64,000 nucleotides of DNA. Source: an uncultured bacterium (lineage in GTDB: Bacteria; Patescibacteriota; Minisyncoccia; Phycocordibacterales; Phycocordibacteraceae). This document shows, in pieces, positions 9,527-18,435 of this stretch (the first letter of the stretch is position 1; every line of letters begins with the position of its first letter). Made by a program: the position numbers and the translations under genes. The stretch is taken from positions 1,399-65,398 of the forward strand of contig CAIJZI010000006.1 in the NCBI GenBank assembly GCA_903825105.1, written 5' to 3'. Under the pieces are notes generated by a model. The model made no database searches. It saw only the letters and a list, made by a program, of their open reading frames with translations, and had not been told where the DNA came from.

Positions 9527-12310
9527 ATGGAATCTACACCACGATTGTCATCACCTGAAGAAGAGTTGTCCTATTTGCGTGAGCAGGTTGCACAAAAAGA
9601 AAAAGAATTACAAAAGACGCGAGAAGAAAATCCGACCGCAAATCTGCCAACGCGAGAAGAAATTATTTCTGAACATCTTGATGCGCACAAAACTGCAGCG
9701 CCTGAAATCCTCGCGGGCGAATATCGAATAAGTGAATCAGCGCTAAACGAGACAGCAGAAAAAATTATAAAGGAGTGTACTCTCGGTAGTAGCGAACAGA
9801 TGATACGGAGTTTACAAAAAACGATGGAAGAAAAGGGTATTAAAAACACTTTTGCGATTTTAGAGAAGATGAAAGATCCTCAAATGGTTGACGACTTTCA
9901 TCGCTACATCGTGCGCTACATCGCCGCAGGATTACCGATGACGGGCATAGACGAAAAAGCTCCGCGCTTCCAAGCGCTTAAGATGACGCTTTATGAGATC
10001 TCTCTGCCCGAACCGAAGAGTGATCAAAATGCGCGAGCGAAAACACTCAAAGAACTTATCTCGGCGATGGAACAGCTCTACTCCGGCCTTCTCTCGATAG
10101 AAACAGCGGCAAGTGGCGAGCCGCGCTACTACACGCTCGAGCTCGCGATCCCCGCAGACAGCGCCGAGCTCCAATTCTACGCAGCGATTCCGAATGGAAA
10201 AAGAAATCTTTTTGAAAAGCAGTTGCTCGCTATATTCCCGAACGCGTATCTCGAACAGAAGCCCTACGACTATAATATTTTTTCTCAAAACGGCGTGGCA
10301 CTCGTCTCTGAAGCGCAGTTCACAGAAAGTCCTGCATTGCCGCTCAAGGATTATACCGACTTCGATTATGACCCGCTCAATGCGATTACCAATGCATTTG
10401 CAAAAATAGAAAAGACGAAAGAGGGCGCGGCGCTGCAGATTATTGTCGAGCCGCGCGCCGAGCGGCATGTGAAGCATTATAAAAAAATTCTTCAAGCTCT
10501 GCGCAAGGGTGAGAGTAAGTCGTCTGCATTTGGTACGCCAGAAACAGCGTTTGGTACTTTTATGAGAGATACAAGCCGAGCGCTTTTATCGAATAAGCCG
10601 AAGGATAAAGAAAAGGCAAAACAAGAAGAAACGCGCCAGACCGAAGCGAATAAAACATACATCGAACAAATCGAGAAGAAGATCGCTGCGCCGATTGTCG
10701 GCGCGACGGTTCGTCTCGTGGTCTCTTCAGAAAATGAGGTGAAAGCGAATCAGGTGCTCGAAGAGCTCGAATCGGCATTTAACCAGTTTTCAAATACACA
10801 AGGCAATAGCCTCGAATTCAAGCGTGTTTCAGAAAAGAGAGATAAAGCATTTCGCGCATTAGAAAATTTCTCATTCAGAATTCCTGATGATTCAGCGCTC
10901 CCATTATCACTCCGCGAGCTCACGACGATCTACCACTTCCCGCCAGAGGGAATAGAGTCATCGCCGCACTTGAAACAGGCGCGCTTCACCCACGCACCTG
11001 CGCCACTCTCTCTCCCACAGGCAGGATCGCTTCTCGGTATTAATTCGTATAGAGGCGAGAAAACAGACATTTATCTCGTCCCAGAAGATCGTCTGCGCCA
11101 CCTCTATATTATCGGTCAGACCGGCACGGGTAAAACGGGTTTGATGAAGTCGATGATTATGCAGGATATTAAAAATGGCGAAGGCTGCTGCTTCATCGAC
11201 CCGCACGGTTCAGACATTCTCGACATTCTCGCGTCGGTCCCGCCCGAGCGTTATAAAGATGTTATTTATTTTGACCCCGCCGATCTCTCGCGACCATTCG
11301 GGCTCAACTTCTTGGAATACGATTTCTCGCGACCAGAGCAAAAGACATTTATTGTGAATGAACTGCTCTCGATCTTCCGTCGCCTCTACGGCGATGTGCC
11401 CGAGAGTATGGGCCCGGCCTTCGAACAGTACTTCCGTAATGCGACACTGCTCGTGATGGAGGACCCGGCGAGTGGTTCGACGATTCTCGACATCGCGCGC
11501 GTACTCTCTAACGACGCCTTCCGCGCAGAAAAATTAGAGAAATGTATGAACCCGATCGTGAAGCAATTTTGGAATGACATTGTCGCGAAGACGAAGGGTG
11601 ATTTCTCGCTCGCGGAGATTGTCCCGTACATCACGAACAAGTTTGACGACTTCACCGCGAACGATTTTATTCGCCCGATTATTGGTCAACAGGAATCATC
11701 GTTCAAATTCCGCGAGGTGATGGATACAAAAAAGATTTTGCTCGTCAATCTTTCTAAAGGCAGACTCGGCGAGAGAAATTCAAATCTCCTCGGTCTTATT
11801 ATTGTCGGGAAATTATTTATGGCAGCGCTTGGTCGCGCCGACAATCCGCGCGCAGTGTATCCGCCCTTCTATCTCTACATCGACGAATTCCAAAATGTCA
11901 CCACCGACTCGATCCCGGGCATTCTCTCTGAAGCAAGAAAGTATAAACTCTCGCTCTCGCTCGCGCACCAATTCTTGAAGCAGATCGACGAGAAGTTCCG
12001 CGACGCAGTCTTCGGCAATGTGGGCAATATGGCAGTATTCCGCGTCGGCGAGGAGGATGCAGAATTCTTTGAAAAGCAGTTCGCACCGATCTTTAAAGCG
12101 CTCGATTTCGTGAATATCGAAAATAGAAATGCGTATGTGAAAATCCTCGCCGGTGGCGTGCCACAAAAAGCATTTGATCTGCGCACTGCCGACCTGCCGA
12201 AGGGGAATCCGGATCAAATCGACGATCTTATTCACCTATCCTCTTCTACCTATGGGCGCGACCGTGCTACTGTAGAAACTATGATCCGCGAACGCTATTT
12301 AACGCGATAA
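9527..12310 (+). CDS. VirB4/TraD(TrwB)-like type IV secretion-type ATPase
   Basis: RHLYIIGQTGTGKT, IDPHG, LYIDEFQN, SEARKYKLSLSLAHQ, GNVG motifs. Confidence 0.85.
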   Translation: MESTPRLSSPEEELSYLREQVAQKEKELQKTREENPTANLPTREEIISEHLDAHKTAAPEILAGEYRISESALNETAEKIIKECTLGSSEQMIRSLQKTMEEKGIKNTFAILEKMKDPQMVDDFHRYIVRYIAAGLPMTGIDEKAPRFQALKMTLYEISLPEPKSDQNARAKTLKELISAMEQLYSGLLSIETAASGEPRYYTLELAIPADSAELQFYAAIPNGKRNLFEKQLLAIFPNAYLEQKPYDYNIFSQNGVALVSEAQFTESPALPLKDYTDFDYDPLNAITNAFAKIEKTKEGAALQIIVEPRAERHVKHYKKILQALRKGESKSSAFGTPETAFGTFMRDTSRALLSNKPKDKEKAKQEETRQTEANKTYIEQIEKKIAAPIVGATVRLVVSSENEVKANQVLEELESAFNQFSNTQGNSLEFKRVSEKRDKAFRALENFSFRIPDDSALPLSLRELTTIYHFPPEGIESSPHLKQARFTHAPAPLSLPQAGSLLGINSYRGEKTDIYLVPEDRLRHLYIIGQTGTGKTGLMKSMIMQDIKNGEGCCFIDPHGSDILDILASVPPERYKDVIYFDPADLSRPFGLNFLEYDFSRPEQKTFIVNELLSIFRRLYGDVPESMGPAFEQYFRNATLLVMEDPASGSTILDIARVLSNDAFRAEKLEKCMNPIVKQFWNDIVAKTKGDFSLAEIVPYITNKFDDFTANDFIRPIIGQQESSFKFREVMDTKKILLVNLSKGRLGERNSNLLGLIIVGKLFMAALGRADNPRAVYPPFYLYIDEFQNVTTDSIPGILSEARKYKLSLSLAHQFLKQIDEKFRDAVFGNVGNMAVFRVGEEDAEFFEKQFAPIFKALDFVNIENRNAYVKILAGGVPQKAFDLRTADLPKGNPDQIDDLIHLSSSTYGRDRATVETMIRERYLTR

Positions 12311-12319
12311 TTTTTTAAT

Positions 12320-14896
12320 ATGCCTGAAAAACCTCGGAAAAAAGAAAATCTAAATACAAATGAGTGGGTAGAAGGTGGAACAAAACACAGCGAACTTCTT
12401 GAGAAATTTGAGGTGCTTCACGATGAAGGTCTCCTGCCAAAGAATTTTATGCCCACATTTAATTTTTTTGTTGGAAAAATGGAACGCGCAGTAGATGCTG
12501 ATGAAGAAGGAAAAATTGAAGGAGAAATAAACGAGTATATTGAAGACGGGCGCGTAAGGGCGACGAGACAACAGGGCGTTCAAAAACCAGAAGCTCCTAT
12601 CGCAGAAGAATTTCCTCAAGTACCTCAAGAAGATGTATTAGGAATACCGGCGGAAGAAAATGAAAACGAAGGAAGATCAGAAACGCCAGCTGAGACGAGA
12701 AGCAAATTGCGAGAGACGGTAGGTAAAATAGAAGATCTTCTTGGAAAAGCAAGTGTCCCAGGAGAATGGGCGACCGAGCGTTTTGCCAATCTCGACACAC
12801 ACCTCAACGAACAGTCCGATAAATTACGCGAAGCAGCGAAGGGATTCGGTTCAAAAGCCGCAGCGTTTGTGCACTCCACGGGAGAAAAAATAAAAGAAGC
12901 TCCAACTAATTTTGGGGCATATTTAGATGAGCGTTTGGATGATTTAAATGAAAAAATCGCTAGACTTGGAGCAGGAGCAAAGAGAATTTTAGGTAACATC
13001 CGTGGCGCTACTGGCAAGGCACTAAATAAATTCTTTGTCGAAAGATATTTTGGATTTGAAAGACGCGAAGTAGACACCGGCCCGCAACTGCCACCGTTCG
13101 CGAGCCAAGAAGATTATAACGAAGCTCTTGGGATAAAAAGTGATGCTGAATTGCCAGATCGGGAGCATCCAGTTGTAGAAGAAGATACAGATGCAAAATC
13201 AGAAGAAGCAGAAGTTCTGCCGCCAGAAAAAAAACCAGAAACAACTCCGCCAGCAAGACAGGAAAAAAACCCAAAACCAACTGTAATAGATGCAGTGAAT
13301 CCAGCCAAGCCAGCGCCTGCACCAGAGCGACCATCACCAAGTTCACAACCTAAAAAACCGTCAGTGCCGGCGCAACAGCCACAAAATGCTGGACAGCCGG
13401 TATCGCCAGAAGGTGATTCTCCAGAGAGAATGAAGGCAGAAATTGGTGAAATTATAGACGGAAGTGAGTCCAGAAAAGATGCATCTGAGAAGATTAAAAA
13501 ATATCTGAAGAACCGCAATGGAGAATTAGATAAAAAAGCCGAAGGATTTGGATCGAAGGTTGAGAAGATGTTCCACTCGCTCGGCGAGAAATATAATAAA
13601 ATGCCGTTGAAGTGGAAGCTCGCGATCGGTGTCGGGCTCGGTGTTGGTGCTGCTTTCGCAGGGCCATTTTCAGCGATCTTTGCCGGAGGGATTGCGCTTC
13701 AGCGCGCCGCAGGTCTCGCGGGGATGTATGTCAAATCTAAAAATATTCTCCAGAAAATGTCTGAAGGAACACACAGAGGATTTTTTGCAAAAGGAGAATA
13801 CAAAGGACTGTTTGCACACGATTATCACGAATTCTTCAAAGACAAATCAGAAACACAGCGAAAGTGGATCGCGTTTGCCATGGCGGGAGTGTACACAGCC
13901 GGTATGGGCCTTGCGATTGGCGAAGCGGTACATTACGCTCCGCAATTTTTGCATCACATGCTTGGCCACGATGGTGGCGTGGACGGAGGGGCGGTTCAAA
14001 GCGGTGGGAATGTTCCAGAGTGGATGCACCCAGCTCAAATGCCGACGCATACAGAAATGCCAAACCTCTCTGTCGACGCGTCGGCGGGGCACGGCTATGA
14101 GTTTATGGCGAAGCGGCTTTGGGAACAGGCACAAGCACAGCATCTCGACCCGAGTAAGTATGCTGCTGACAGCGATATGCATAAATTGCTCACCGCAGAT
14201 GCGCACTCGATAGACAAAGTCGTTCATCAGATCGCCGCTGACCCGAAGCACGCATTCTTTAATCATGATGGAACGAGCGTGATGATTGACCCACACGCGC
14301 ATATGACGATTGGTGCAGACGGCAATATTCATGTTGGAGCAGAAGTTCACGCTGCTGCCGGCGCGCACACGACGCCGGTCTATCCTCACCACGAAGCGCC
14401 CGTAGCTCACGCAGAAGCACCCGCGACAGTCGAGGCACATCACGCCCCAGACTCGAGTGTTGCAGATGTTAAACATGATTTGACGAACGAGAATGTTATC
14501 GATCATCAGTCTCCAACACACGACGCTCCGCACGCTGCGCCAGAAGTTGAACAATTGGCCGGACAAATTCTGCATCACCACGGGATCGATATCCCTACAG
14601 CCGAGCCGCACATCTATGCTGACAATCACACAAAGCACCTCTTTGTATTTGGCGGTAAGCCAGGTCTAGAACAAACAACGCTTATTAAAAATTATCTCTC
14701 AGCCAATCCAGATAAAATAGTATATGGAACGGATGACTCGGGTAAATATCGCATTCCTTTCCATTGGTTCCAAAAGCCAGATGGCGGAGGTGATATCGTT
14801 CCGGGCATACCGGTTCAAAAACGCGGGTTTCTCGGATTCTTCAAATCATTTATGGGCGCGCCAGATCCAAAAGAATTTCATGCTAAAATTAGTTAA
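12320..14896 (+). CDS. Large hypothetical membrane protein (acidic N-terminus, Pro-rich linker, His-rich C-terminal half)
   Basis: 858-aa ORF with two hydrophobic Gly/Ala-rich segments. Confidence 0.7.
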   Translation: MPEKPRKKENLNTNEWVEGGTKHSELLEKFEVLHDEGLLPKNFMPTFNFFVGKMERAVDADEEGKIEGEINEYIEDGRVRATRQQGVQKPEAPIAEEFPQVPQEDVLGIPAEENENEGRSETPAETRSKLRETVGKIEDLLGKASVPGEWATERFANLDTHLNEQSDKLREAAKGFGSKAAAFVHSTGEKIKEAPTNFGAYLDERLDDLNEKIARLGAGAKRILGNIRGATGKALNKFFVERYFGFERREVDTGPQLPPFASQEDYNEALGIKSDAELPDREHPVVEEDTDAKSEEAEVLPPEKKPETTPPARQEKNPKPTVIDAVNPAKPAPAPERPSPSSQPKKPSVPAQQPQNAGQPVSPEGDSPERMKAEIGEIIDGSESRKDASEKIKKYLKNRNGELDKKAEGFGSKVEKMFHSLGEKYNKMPLKWKLAIGVGLGVGAAFAGPFSAIFAGGIALQRAAGLAGMYVKSKNILQKMSEGTHRGFFAKGEYKGLFAHDYHEFFKDKSETQRKWIAFAMAGVYTAGMGLAIGEAVHYAPQFLHHMLGHDGGVDGGAVQSGGNVPEWMHPAQMPTHTEMPNLSVDASAGHGYEFMAKRLWEQAQAQHLDPSKYAADSDMHKLLTADAHSIDKVVHQIAADPKHAFFNHDGTSVMIDPHAHMTIGADGNIHVGAEVHAAAGAHTTPVYPHHEAPVAHAEAPATVEAHHAPDSSVADVKHDLTNENVIDHQSPTHDAPHAAPEVEQLAGQILHHHGIDIPTAEPHIYADNHTKHLFVFGGKPGLEQTTLIKNYLSANPDKIVYGTDDSGKYRIPFHWFQKPDGGGDIVPGIPVQKRGFLGFFKSFMGAPDPKEFHAKIS

Positions 14897-14910
14897 TAAT
14901 TAAAAATAAT

Positions 14911-15231
14911 ATGCCACCAACACAAAACAATATGCAGGACGAATTAACAGCAGCGATCGCGACTGATCTCGGTATCAAAGATCTCCCGCTCGCTGAGCAA
15001 CAGCAGCTTATCTCGCAGTTCGGCGAAGTCGCGCTGAAGGCGGCGACGATGGCAGTACTCGAGAAGTTGTCTGAAGAAAAGAGAAATGAATTCGCGACGA
15101 TAGCCGAGAGTGGCGACCCAGTAGCGCTTAAAGCATTTCTCGATAGAGAAGTGCCCGATCACGAAAATATCACGAAGACAGCAGTCGCAGACGAGGTAAA
15201 AAGGTTTAAGGATTTTCAATCTGCAGCGTAG
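14911..15231 (+). CDS. Small helical CPR-type protein (DUF5663-like)
   Basis: DLGIKDLPLAEQQQLI...VLEKLSEE...FLDREVPD pattern. Confidence 0.6.
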   Translation: MPPTQNNMQDELTAAIATDLGIKDLPLAEQQQLISQFGEVALKAATMAVLEKLSEEKRNEFATIAESGDPVALKAFLDREVPDHENITKTAVADEVKRFKDFQSAA

Positions 15232-15267
15232 TATACTGGAAGCTATAACAATAAATAATCGTATCGT

Positions 15268-15810
15268 ATGAATCCAACCCAAACAGGTATCGCTGTAGCA
15301 CTCGCGCTCGTTGTTGTTATCTTCTTTTTCGTCTTTGACGGGATGTCATTGTTTCGTCAGTCGGCCTCAGCACCAACACAAGAAATAACAGCAACCACAA
15401 CTGATCAATCTATGGCTACAACTTCAACAAATTCTGTACAAGCAAATGTTACCGAACTCCAGATAACTGACGAAGTCGTCGGTACTGGCGCTGTGGCAAA
15501 AGCGGGCGACACAGTTGTCGTCGCATATACGGGTAGCTTCACAAACGGAAAAGTCTTCGACAGCTCAGTCGGGAAGGCTCCTATCGCAATCGTGACTTGC
15601 CCAAAGGGAGTCACGACCGGACTTTGTATGAATCTTGGCGCAGGGCAGGTGATTAAGGGTTGGGACGAAGGACTTGTCGGTATGAAAGAGGGCGGGAAGA
15701 GAAAGCTTGTTATCCCCGCATCGCTTGGGTACGGCCCAAATGACTATGGATCAATCCCGGGTAATTCGACACTCGTCTTCGAAGTCGAACTCATAAAAGT
15801 CGCGAAATAA
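15268..15810 (+). CDS. FKBP-type peptidyl-prolyl isomerase
   Basis: YTG..NGKVFDSS, QVIKGWDEG, IPASLGYG, IPGNSTLVFEVEL. Confidence 0.93.
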   Translation: MNPTQTGIAVALALVVVIFFFVFDGMSLFRQSASAPTQEITATTTDQSMATTSTNSVQANVTELQITDEVVGTGAVAKAGDTVVVAYTGSFTNGKVFDSSVGKAPIAIVTCPKGVTTGLCMNLGAGQVIKGWDEGLVGMKEGGKRKLVIPASLGYGPNDYGSIPGNSTLVFEVELIKVAK

Positions 15811-15856
15811 CTTGGGTGTCCGACACCCAAGTAACTTGGAGGTCGGACCTCCAAGT
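15810..15856. repeat. Paired 23-bp palindromic element, intergenic (TCGGA-loop family)
   Basis: ACTTGGGTGTCCGACACCCAAGT-a-ACTTGGAGGTCGGACCTCCAAGT; first unit identical to the leuS insert. Confidence 0.9.
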
Positions 15857-15973
15857 GGAAGGGAAGAAAAATAAAAAAAGAAAGGGCGCGATTTACTTAG
15901 CGGCGAGACACCTAAGTAAATTAAATAAAAAAGAAAGGGCGCATCCCGCTTCGCGGAATGCGCCCTAGAGTGT

Positions 15974-16552
15974 TTAGTATGTCACAGTGTGCAACACCCG
16001 GATCTTTTCCCTGTATTTGGAAAGATCCAAGACCCCGGCGGTGCACGCGTCGACGACATACTTTCGTAGTTTGAGCCGTGTTGTTACGCCGTTCACAATG
16101 TTCGGTACCGCCATTGCGGAGGCGCCGTATCCTGTATACGAGAGCATATTGGCTCCGGCGAACATCATTGAGCCAACTCCTACACCGACTCCGCCTCCAA
16201 GGCCGCCCGTCATGCCGTCGATCATGCCCATTGCCAAGTAATTCGGCTGTACATTTCGAGTATGCTCCTGACACGCCGGCGTTATCGCCGCCATGACGGC
16301 AAGTGGTTCGGCGAGTTGCACCTCGAGTTGTGCTTCGTTCGTCACTGTCTTGGAAAGACGGACGGCGAAGCTGGGCTGCATGTTCTTGAGCCTGAAGGCG
16401 TATCCGTATGAAACAATCGCGATCTGTTCGCTGTCGGGCAGTGTGACGAGGATCTTGACGGGCTCCTTCTTTTCCTTGGCAGAAACCGTCGCTGGAACTG
16501 CCAGAATCACCATCGCCGTTGCGATGATGCAAAACACTGCGAACTTCTTCAT
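15974..16552 (-). CDS. Secreted hypothetical protein with glycine-rich hydrophobic segment
   Basis: SD AAGGAG before ATG 16552; signal peptide MKKFAVFCII...VSA; terminator hairpin at about 15936-15966. Confidence 0.65.
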   Translation of the reverse strand: MKKFAVFCIIATAMVILAVPATVSAKEKKEPVKILVTLPDSEQIAIVSYGYAFRLKNMQPSFAVRLSKTVTNEAQLEVQLAEPLAVMAAITPACQEHTRNVQPNYLAMGMIDGMTGGLGGGVGVGVGSMMFAGANMLSYTGYGASAMAVPNIVNGVTTRLKLRKYVVDACTAGVLDLSKYREKIRVLHTVTY

Positions 16553-16640
16553 ATAACTCTCCTTTGGGGAAGCCGCCGAGGGCGGCGTTGTTGGTGATAA
16601 AAGGTACAACCATTTATAAAGATACACGACCCGCGCGTTT

Positions 16641-16656
16641 TGTCAAGCGCTTGACA
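16641..16656. promoter_or_regulatory. Back-to-back -35 boxes of divergent promoters
   Basis: TGTCAA-GCGC-TTGACA perfect palindrome between divergent genes. Confidence 0.5.
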
Positions 16657-16687
16657 GAATTGACAAGATAGTGTATGTATGTAGAAG

Positions 16688-17374
16688 ATGATAACGAAGG
16701 GGCTCGTACACATAGCTGCGCAGATTATCTGCGCGGGGCAGAAGGCGTATGAAAGGAAGTGGATATTCCTCGTTATTTTCGTGCTTGTCTTCGCTCCGAG
16801 CGTCGGGACGCTCGCGCACTTCGATCTTTTGCCGACCTTGGCAGAGGCCGAAGGTAGCGCGAACAGTCTCGGTAGTTCGACGAATCAGCTCGCGGCGATT
16901 AGCTTAAATGCGCTGTCGCCCGCGCTACCAGAACTGCCTACGAAAATTGAAATTCAAAAAATTAATTTGAACGCGACGATTTCTAACCCAGAGACGACTA
17001 ACATCGAGGCTCTCGACAGCGACCTTCTCTCTGGAGCTGTGCGCTATCCGACCTCGGCGCGACTCGGCGAGAATGGCAATGTCGTCATTTTCGGTCACTC
17101 GAGCTACTTGCCGATTGTCGGGAATCAAGCGTATAAAACTTTTGACGGTATTCAGAAGCTCGTCGCGGGTGACACAATCACCGTGTATTCATCTGACCGA
17201 GCGTATGTTTATCAGGTAGAAAGTATGAAAAAGGAGAGCGCGAACGATGCGGTGATCCCGCTCTCGGTCACGGGAAAAGTTTTGACGCTTTCGACCTGTG
17301 ATTCGTTTAGCGCGAAGACCGATCGCTTCGTAGTCGTGGCGAATTTTGTTGAAAGTAACGCGGTTTCGTTTTAA
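16688..17374 (+). CDS. Sortase
   Basis: N-terminal TM; FGHSS (His), LTLSTC (Cys), DRFVV (Arg) triad. Confidence 0.9.
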   Translation: MITKGLVHIAAQIICAGQKAYERKWIFLVIFVLVFAPSVGTLAHFDLLPTLAEAEGSANSLGSSTNQLAAISLNALSPALPELPTKIEIQKINLNATISNPETTNIEALDSDLLSGAVRYPTSARLGENGNVVIFGHSSYLPIVGNQAYKTFDGIQKLVAGDTITVYSSDRAYVYQVESMKKESANDAVIPLSVTGKVLTLSTCDSFSAKTDRFVVVANFVESNAVSF

Positions 17375-17454
17375 TTAACGAAATCGCGTTACTCTCCGCA
17401 AAGGGAGAGATGTTCTTTCGAGTGTTGTTAGAGCTCGAGGACTGGAGACAGTAA

Positions 17455-18363
17455 ATGAAAATGCGCGTTGTAATCGTGCTGGCGTTCGCGATTGCGACGC
17501 TGGCTGTGACCGCTCATGCGGCCGAATGGAAATGGCAGCACTTTGGTGCTGCCCCGTACGCCACATCGCGAGATGAGGCCATGAGCAAGCGCCATGATGC
17601 TTTCCAAAAACTCGGCCTCACACATAAAGTTATTGATGAGCTTATGCGCGCGACCGAAAAGCCGGGAGAAAAGATTCGTCTAGTGAACGGCTACAAACTG
17701 GCAGCGATGCTGTCTAAGGGTGGTGTCGTGCACAACGATGTCTTAGTGGCCTTCGTCAAGCCGCCTATCAGCGGAAAGATGGAGTATGCTGCACCGGCCG
17801 AAAGGTGGCAGGTTCCAGTGGAGGGAAAGATCTACACGGTTATCCTACCGGAGATCTGCAACAACTGGAGCTCAGAACCCACAAAGCCAGCGCCAGTACC
17901 ACTTCCTCCCCCATGCGACAACTGTGCGGCGCCACCGCCACCGAAAGATAATTGCGTGACGATTTCATTCAACGCACCAATTGGCGGGAAAGTGCGTTGG
18001 GGTGTTGCCTCGGCGATCGGCCCACTGCCTCCAAGTTCCTGCAACGCGCAGAAACAGGGCAATGGCGAATGGACAGCGTGGTACGGTCAGTGTGATTCTT
18101 GCACTGGCGCCATCGAGTTCATCCGCGGAATCATTGGCAGATTCGCCGAGATATTTCACCGATTCGTGTATCCTGTCACACAGACGCACCAAACACTCCG
18201 CTTCCCGGAAGCAGTCAAGGCAGATGTAGTTTATATCTGTCTAGAAGATGCAAACGGGAGGCAAACCTACGGTGTGTATGTCACTCCAGATGATTGGAGT
18301 CACGGGGAAGTCGTTCATGAGATCTCAGATTTTCGATGGAAGTTCGTCGGGTATCCCGAGTAG
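17455..18363 (+). CDS. Secreted Cys-containing hypothetical protein
   Basis: SD GGAG, signal peptide ending AHA, Pro-rich linker, followed by hairpin/U-tract. Confidence 0.7.
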   Translation: MKMRVVIVLAFAIATLAVTAHAAEWKWQHFGAAPYATSRDEAMSKRHDAFQKLGLTHKVIDELMRATEKPGEKIRLVNGYKLAAMLSKGGVVHNDVLVAFVKPPISGKMEYAAPAERWQVPVEGKIYTVILPEICNNWSSEPTKPAPVPLPPPCDNCAAPPPPKDNCVTISFNAPIGGKVRWGVASAIGPLPPSSCNAQKQGNGEWTAWYGQCDSCTGAIEFIRGIIGRFAEIFHRFVYPVTQTHQTLRFPEAVKADVVYICLEDANGRQTYGVYVTPDDWSHGEVVHEISDFRWKFVGYPE

Positions 18364-18435
18364 TTCTTTGGGGAGGGTGGTGGCTTTTAAAGCATCGCCC
18401 AACCCTTTTTATACGCTACGAAAGTAGCATGGAAA

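Noticed and set aside
9527-12310. Conjugative element marked by the VirB4/TraD-like ATPase
   Set aside because: No relaxase, integrase or att sites nearby; such ATPases are common chromosomal genes in CPR
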